Part shown: in pieces, positions 57,801-64,000 of the stretch
Position numbering within the stretch: the first letter of the stretch is position 1
Layout: each line of letters begins with the position of its first letter
From: Fimicolochytrium jonesii
Lineage: Eukaryota
Reading direction: 5' to 3'
Assembly: GCF_025526975.1 (NCBI RefSeq)
Contig: NW_026515671.1
Location: forward strand, 1,612,001-1,676,000
DNA length: 64,000 bases
Program-made: the position numbers and the translations under genes
Notes under the pieces: generated by a model
The model's database searches: none
The model's input: the letters and a program-made list of their open reading frames with translations, nothing else
What the model was told of the DNA's origin: nothing

Positions 57801-57885
57801 AATTGAGAATGCAAAGTATACGTACTAGAAAAGGGTGGATATCAATTGAGAATACAAAGTATACGTACTATAAAGGGTGGATATC
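57801..57885. repeat. 43-bp tandem direct repeat (2 copies)
   Basis: AATTGAGAATGCAAAGTATACGTACTAGAAAAGGGTGGATATC followed by a near-identical copy, about 80 bp upstream of the USP-like ORF start. Confidence 0.9.
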
Positions 57886-58025
57886 TTTCCAAAATGCCAA
57901 GAAGTCTAAGCAATAGGGGCTTGGGGAAGTGTCAATGTTCCAGTAGAATACCGTCTTTTCGAGGATGGAGAAGTCAGCGCTGTTGATGATTGATGACCAC
58001 TTGCACATTTGAGCCCTATATATAC

Positions 58026-60450
58026 CTAATTCGAGACGACATTTGACCGGCCTTCCAACGCAGCCTTATTAATCTCCTGCTGGAGAAGGATATGGGCGAC
58101 TTGATGCCAGTTTGTTTGACAGCGGCATGACAAGTTGGATAAGGTAACGTAGCAGGCAGGACGACCGTCCGGTATCGTTATCGTTCTAACCTGAATCCAA
58201 CGGGCAGCTGGCCGCTTCGTATAAACTGTAATAACCGAAACATAAGACACTGACCAAGCCTGTCACACTCAGCCACATGCTGTGCTCAGGGTCTCCTCAG
58301 GTGCTCAGCTCACAGTGTGGAGGAGGGGCATAATATTATGGTGGATTTGTGACGCCCAACAACAGTGAATATTCCCTCTGTCCATGCAGTTGGAAGGAGA
58401 GTAAAGATTCTCGTCTCAACATTTTGGATCTAGATCTTAGAGTTCATCGCATTCGATTAAGTTCTGGCAACAAACCGTTGACGTACATAAATGTACATGT
58501 TACAAAAGAAATCCGGGTTGACTTGACTTGAGGACGACGACGACGACAAATAGAGAGAGCGGGCGCTCCGACCAGCCTGCATCCTGAGCCCGCCACCCGT
58601 CAGTCTCGAGTCAAACACAAAGCATCCCAGCACGTTCCTAAAAATAGTAGGTGCCAAGATGCGACCGGTGATCCACAACAGGTTGCTGACGCACGATAGG
58701 GCACCCGTTCTTCCCATGGCATTGTTCAGCAAGCCAGGCACAAATCTTACACCACGCTTTAGAGAGAAGATCCCTAAAAATAGTTCCCAACTCAGGCGTG
58801 ATGCTCGAAATGCGTAGGTCGTGCCTTCATATAGCATGAGCGGCCCCGGGGCCGTCCGTAACGCTCCCCGTGTTGCTTCACAACGGCCGTGCCATCATCT
58901 TGACGTCTTGGTATACTGCTTCAGGGCATGAAGAAGTAGCATCTATTGCAAAAGGAAAGACAGATGTGAGGACGATGATCTGGACGACGACTGGATAAAA
59001 CCCGATTGATGCCTACCTCTCGAGAGCTAATCCCCGGCAGTCATCACAATCTCAAACAGATTAGTGTTTGAATTGTGGGAGCTGCAATATGTCCCACATA
59101 TGCAGGTAAGGAGAGCGAAGAACGCATCTGGAGGCAACAAAGAATAGTGGAACATTAGAAGGCGAGACCGAAGAACGCCACTTTGAATGGAAGGTGGACT
59201 TGCTTACCAACGAGATGCCAGTTCTTCGACAACGACGACGCATAGCGACTCTCACCATCATTGCATGAGATGGAGTGCATCAACGGAGTACATGACCTAA
59301 GGTGAGAAACAAAGGTGGATATAAGATAGCGACGACGACGATGGGCTAATGGTGCATGAGCAGTTGGAGTCACAACGGTACTTACCATCAATCATGTAAA
59401 CCTCCGGCGAAATGTACTGCACGACACATCAGCGTTAACGATGGAGCGCATATGCACTGATAGACCTGGATGAGTAAGATGAATAAGACGAGGGAAATTG
59501 GGTTAGCAAAGACCGTATAATAAGGGTTGATTGATTTGCAGAGGTAATACTAACCATGTGTGTGATCTAAGACCAGCAAAGGAGCGCCCATTGGTTGCAC
59601 GTAGTCGGCAGTGAACGTATGCTGCGATTGGCATTGGCCTTGTAGCGACGAATGGCTTGTGATTGATCTGTGACTGGGACAGTGAGTTTAGAATGGGACA
59701 ACCGGCAACGAACACCTGTCGCACACGAGTATGGTATGGAAACAGACCAGCTTGAACGAGTGCCAAACGAAAGAGATGTGGCGATGATTAATTCTGGCGA
59801 TGATCGCGATGAAGCATCTGGAGGTGAACTTTGTGGCGCTGGGAGTACAGTACGTTCAGGCTGGAGCGTATTTGTAGAGTAACTGTCACTTAAGTGAACC
59901 GAAGAGATTGCAGATGAGTAGATTGGATCAGATCGGGATCTAGATTGGGGGAACGCCTTGTTGAAAAAAAGTGAACGAGGTAAGGCGCAAGGACACAGAC
60001 TTTTATACGTATGTACCCGGAAGCGACGCGTCCCTCGGTGGCAAATGGGGTCGCATAGCCACTCACACGTGTTTTGCCCAGATTCGTATGGACACATCTA
60101 TTAGTTTTCCGTTTTTTTGCCTGAATTTAAATAGCAACAGTGGTTTTCTGCACGCGTTCAGGACAGATGACAGTTATTAACACTGAGTTGGGTGCGGACC
60201 ATCGACGCATAGAAAATGACAAGGCCGACGGGTCCGAGACGTTAGATGTAGGAGCCGGGAAGATCCGTGAGGGATGGGGGGACTCGGGAGTACGTGTAAT
60301 GGAAGGCAAAGTAACACTGTACTGTACGCATGGGCTTTATTCACGCGTATCGACCACCCTCAGACGTGTTGGGCGACGGGCTGAATGCGGCGCATGTGCA
60401 AGTATCAATACCGAGAGAGGGTTAGATTCTCGCTGCATATACAAATGAAA
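58026..60450 (-). mobile_element. Highly decayed multi-exon gene, possibly a Mutator (MULE)-type transposase relic
   Basis: SWIM-like YVTLSNLSCRCQTNWHQVAHIL at about 58085-58150 (third Cys absent). Several GT..AG intron-like segments at about 58930-59385 and many stops. No DDE triad confidently seen. Confidence 0.3.
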
Positions 60451-61840
60451 CGTCCACGCTTGTTTCTTCTGATGTGCATGAATCGTATGTGAAAAGGCGG
60501 CAGTGAGGTGTCGCTCTAAGCTGAGCTGAACTTGGCCAGGAGGCGTAAGGAAGTGGTTGCGTTACTTCATATCGAGTCAAGGGCCGTCCTGCAGAGGTGA
60601 GAGAGGTGTGCGAACAAAGCTACCCCACCAAATCGGAGGTGCATCGAGCATCTGTTTGTATCAAATTCCGGTCCGCAAAGGTGAATAAAAGGCTTTCAAG
60701 CGAGCGAAGCGAACGGCAGTACATCGACAGAGGCGCAGACGTTCTGTTCAGGCGGAAGTCGCCAAATCCCATTCAAAAATGCTTCTCGATTGGAAAATCT
60801 TAGGATTAGGCGGCGGTGCCGGAGCCAGTAGTGGCTCTTTGAGGTCAGGTCAGTGACTCTCGTGGCGTCCTTCCTGTTTGGCCCGCCCGCCTGCGCCGAG
60901 CCGTGCCGCTGGCGTAGGAGGAAGATCCGCCGGGGTGGCGACCACCACTGGCAAGTTTCAACGAGGTCATTTCAGTCATCCGCACGTATGCGCTTCGTGG
61001 AACTTGCTATCTGCTTGTCGATACCCACACTTTAGTTCTCGAAGATGTTCCCCACCATATCATAACCCCGGCCCCTCTTTCCATTTACCGTGGAACGCAT
61101 TGGGTGGGAGCGTTCATTATTTGTAGTGAATTTCGTATTCCTCGAAGCGGAGTCGTTGACGGGGAACTCCCTGAGCGTCCATCCTCGAGACCTGACCCAA
61201 TGATAGACGGACCAGATGGTGTATAGTTCGCTGCTATTCCGTGCTATTAGAAAGGTACTGGCCTACTCTGCAAACGCGTGTGTCATCAACTACTGAAGAA
61301 CACGCTAGATGTGACTTGGGTGTTACAATGTAACCCTAACCCTAACTTATTCCGTGCGGAAGGCTAAGGCGTGGCATGGCAGCCGGATCACACCCCCCTC
61401 AGATTCTACGATGCCTCAGGATCTACTTTGCTTAGAAAATGGCGATGCATCAGGAAGAGGGAAAACCCCTGTTACACTGCTTATGTGGGTGCTGGGGGTA
61501 TATATATATGATGGGAGAAAGAAGCCCTGCGAGGGCAAACTGTTGAAATCGGCAAGACGTGTCCGATTCGATTTCGCCTGATTTCGCCTTCCCCTCAAGG
61601 TCTTACAGAACTCAGAATTCGCTCACAATCCTCCCCAATTTCCACAGCATCGGTTCCCTCAAACTCAAGCTCAGCACGGAGATAGCCTTCACTTCCACGT
61701 TCAGGTCCCGCTCTATTTGCCAACGCCAGCATCCTCGTCGGAAACGAGATCCTAACGAACCCTACAAAAGGAAAAAAGCGGAGCTTATCGGCATTCCTCC
61801 ACACAATTCCCCCATCCCCAAAAACCCCATCCTACAAACA

Positions 61841-62560
61841 ATGAGCAGCACACACATTGACGCACCGGTAACAACGCCTTCAGATCCCCCAGCTCTGACC
61901 GATGCCATGGAAATCGATGACGCCCCCACACCCTCATCCTCCAGCGACCACCCAACCCCCAATCAGTCCACAGTCACCGACACCGCAACAGTTACCCTGC
62001 CACAGCGGCCCAACCAAGCCGAAGGCAAGGGACCAGCAGTAAAGGAGAAGGAGGAAGAAGAGGAGGAAGAGGAGAGCTCGTCGGAGGAGGATGAGGCTGG
62101 AGCGGACGCAACGTTGGGAAGGCAGGATAAGGAGACGATGCGGAAGGATAGAAGTTTGGCGGAGTTGTTAATGATGATGGATGAGTATAAGCCTATTGTG
62201 AGTGTTTAAAGATTCCCCGCTTCCCCAGGCATCTGTTCTTCTTTTGCAGAATCCTTGATTAAACTCCCCACCTCCCATAAACAGCTGCCCGACTCAGTAA
62301 CTGACTACTACATGACCCGCTCCGGCTTCGAATGCGAGGACACCCGCGTCAAGCGTCTCCTCGCCCTCGCCGCGCAAAAGTTCATATCAGACATCGCCGT
62401 TGATGCGCTGCAGTACTCGCGCATCCGCTCGCAGCAGCCGCTGCCGAAGGACCGTAGGAGCGTCGTGAAGGATAAGAGGACGGTGCTGACCATCGATGAT
62501 TTGTCGGCCGCGTTGGCGGATCATGGGGTCAATATCAAGAAACCGGAGTATTATTTGTAG
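61841..62560 (+). CDS. TAF10: Transcription initiation factor TFIID/SAGA subunit 10, two exons
   Basis: LAELLMMMDEYKPI|LPDSVTDYYM..SGF, RVKRLLALAAQKFISDIA.DALQY and VLTIDDLSAAL..HGVNIKKPEYY. Confidence 0.95.
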
Positions 62561-62848
62561 ATTGACTGCGTGCGGGAGGGGAGTGGAGTTGGGAATGGAG
62601 AGTGGAATGGCAAGTGCGACACGGAAACCGCACAAAGCGAGGTTGGCTTCGCTTCGACAAACATAAATTATCATCCGAGTCAAGAAATATCGTCGACATC
62701 AACCCCAGCCCTATCCCTCGACTTTGCCCCCCAAAAATTAGCCTTCTGTCCCTACTATACAATCCACCCCACGCTCGCAGAGCCCCGCATACATTTTGGA
62801 ACACCCTCCCTTCATCTGTACATAAATTCTTTCCTCAAAACTCGTCGA

Positions 62849-64000
62849 TCAAACCTCCAGTAGATAAACACTATTGTACATGCCCCCCAAATCCATGCCT
62901 GCAAACACAACCATCGCGTCTTTTGCCGTAATCGCGATTTGCGCTGTGGTGTTGGACGGGTCGGCGTCTGCCATTGACCCGATGAGCGGTGCGTATTCCG
63001 TGATGGCGCATGCGTCGTGGCCAAGGCGAGCACCTGGCGGGCCGGGTGGGAGAGATGCTGGGTCGAGTTTTGTCCATACTGTGTGGACTGCAATGAGGTG
63101 GAAAAGGCGTGGTTGGTTGATGGAAACACGCTGTGAGACGGATGAAAACCATACCAGTCTCGAACACGTAAACGTCTTCAAATGCTTGAGTTTTGGGTGT
63201 CCGTGTCAGACCTCCGTATACATAAATCTTGTCCCGGTTCACAGTCGCCGAGTGCCCTGAGCGAGGCGACGGCACGTCTCCTGTCCCTTCCAAGCATTTC
63301 CATTCCCTACTCACTGATACGGATGATGGTTTAGTTGAACATCCCAAACGAGATCCCATTCGACCACCGAGGGACCGGAGGGGCAACGCACCTGTATCAA
63401 ACACCCACACATCATCAAACGTCACGTCACCAGCCATGCCACCAAACAAGTAGATTTTCGTTCCTACGGCCGTGAACGTGTGCCCTAAACGCGGCGCAGG
63501 TGCCGGCTGCTGCGACGGGGCCGTTAGTCGCGTCCAGAATCTGTTTGCTGTTTCGTTGTCAACATCATGGTCACTTGCGTCTCATCTATCACACTGTGTG
63601 TCGCTTCCATGATCAACCCACCAACATCGAAACAATACACGCATCCATCGTCCACAGCCTTGTCATGTTCCGCTCCACCGCCAAAAATGTACACCCTCCG
63701 CGACCCGCTACGTTGATCTTCTATCGCGGCTACGGACCGCAGCGTCCGGGCTGATGGCGCCGTGCCTTTCGTGCATAGAGATGTCCATTGCTGCTTATCT
63801 GGGCGGTGGATATCGAACGAACATCAGGATTCGGCCTGCCTCTCGTAAGGGACATCAATCGCACACGCGTAGCAAACTAACCCAGGTCAAACGTCCAGAC
63901 ATCGTTGAGCAGGCCGTCGTTCCCCGCGCCGTACATCACGAGCAGCTGGGATGCGGCGCTTTCGGAGCCTGGGATGATGACCGCGGCGTGCTCGTACCGC
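62849..64000 (-). CDS. Kelch-repeat protein (RABEPK/p40-like), multi-exon; 5' part outside the window
   Basis: Kelch blades RYEHAAV..LLNDVWTFD, PRLGHTFTAVGTKIYLFGG..FDDVWVFD, PSPRSGHSAT..IYVYGG and ARLGHDAC..VVFAG. Confidence 0.85.

Noticed and set aside
57801..57885. Possible CRISPR-like repeat
   Set aside because: Two abutting copies with no spacer, in a eukaryotic context, with no cas genes.
60560..60600. Candidate TIR partner (GAGTCAAGGG) for the sequence near 54930
   Set aside because: The match is too short and gapped to support an inverted terminal repeat.
61331..61346. TAACCCTAACCCTAAC telomere-like repeat
   Set aside because: Only about 2.5 units and internal. At most a telobox-type promoter motif, not a telomere.

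Overview
Eukaryotic genomic DNA from an intron-containing fungus. The gene content (class C GPCR, PAAT homolog, Fanzor relic) suggests a zoosporic, chytrid-like lineage; this placement is inference. Positions 1-41 kb and 61-64 kb hold densely packed housekeeping genes: a PPR protein missed by the ORF track, an SPX phosphate transporter, PRI1, an FHA protein, CIA30, a Slm1-like BAR-PH protein, NDUFS3, VIP1, a VIP36-like lectin, a GNAT, RQC1/TCF25, a Cid1-family nucleotidyltransferase, a PAAT/C10orf88-like protein, CPS1, TAF10 and a kelch protein. About 41-61 kb is an accessory region with orphan genes, repeat-rich TE-like DNA, an SDR, a PD-(D/E)xK protein, and a giant class C GPCR with a LamG/Ig-like/FBXL4-like ectodomain and a PH-like tail. 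It also holds the main discovery candidate, a decayed minus-strand element at about 54.9-60.5 kb: a Fanzor1 (eukaryotic TnpB-derived RNA-guided nuclease) relic followed directly by a multi-hairpin omega-RNA-like sequence, and preceded by an ORF with a USP deubiquitinase-like Cys box and by a SWIM/Mutator-like relic. Spans of multi-exon genes were inferred by eye from GT-AG sites, and all family calls come from remembered motifs, not database searches.
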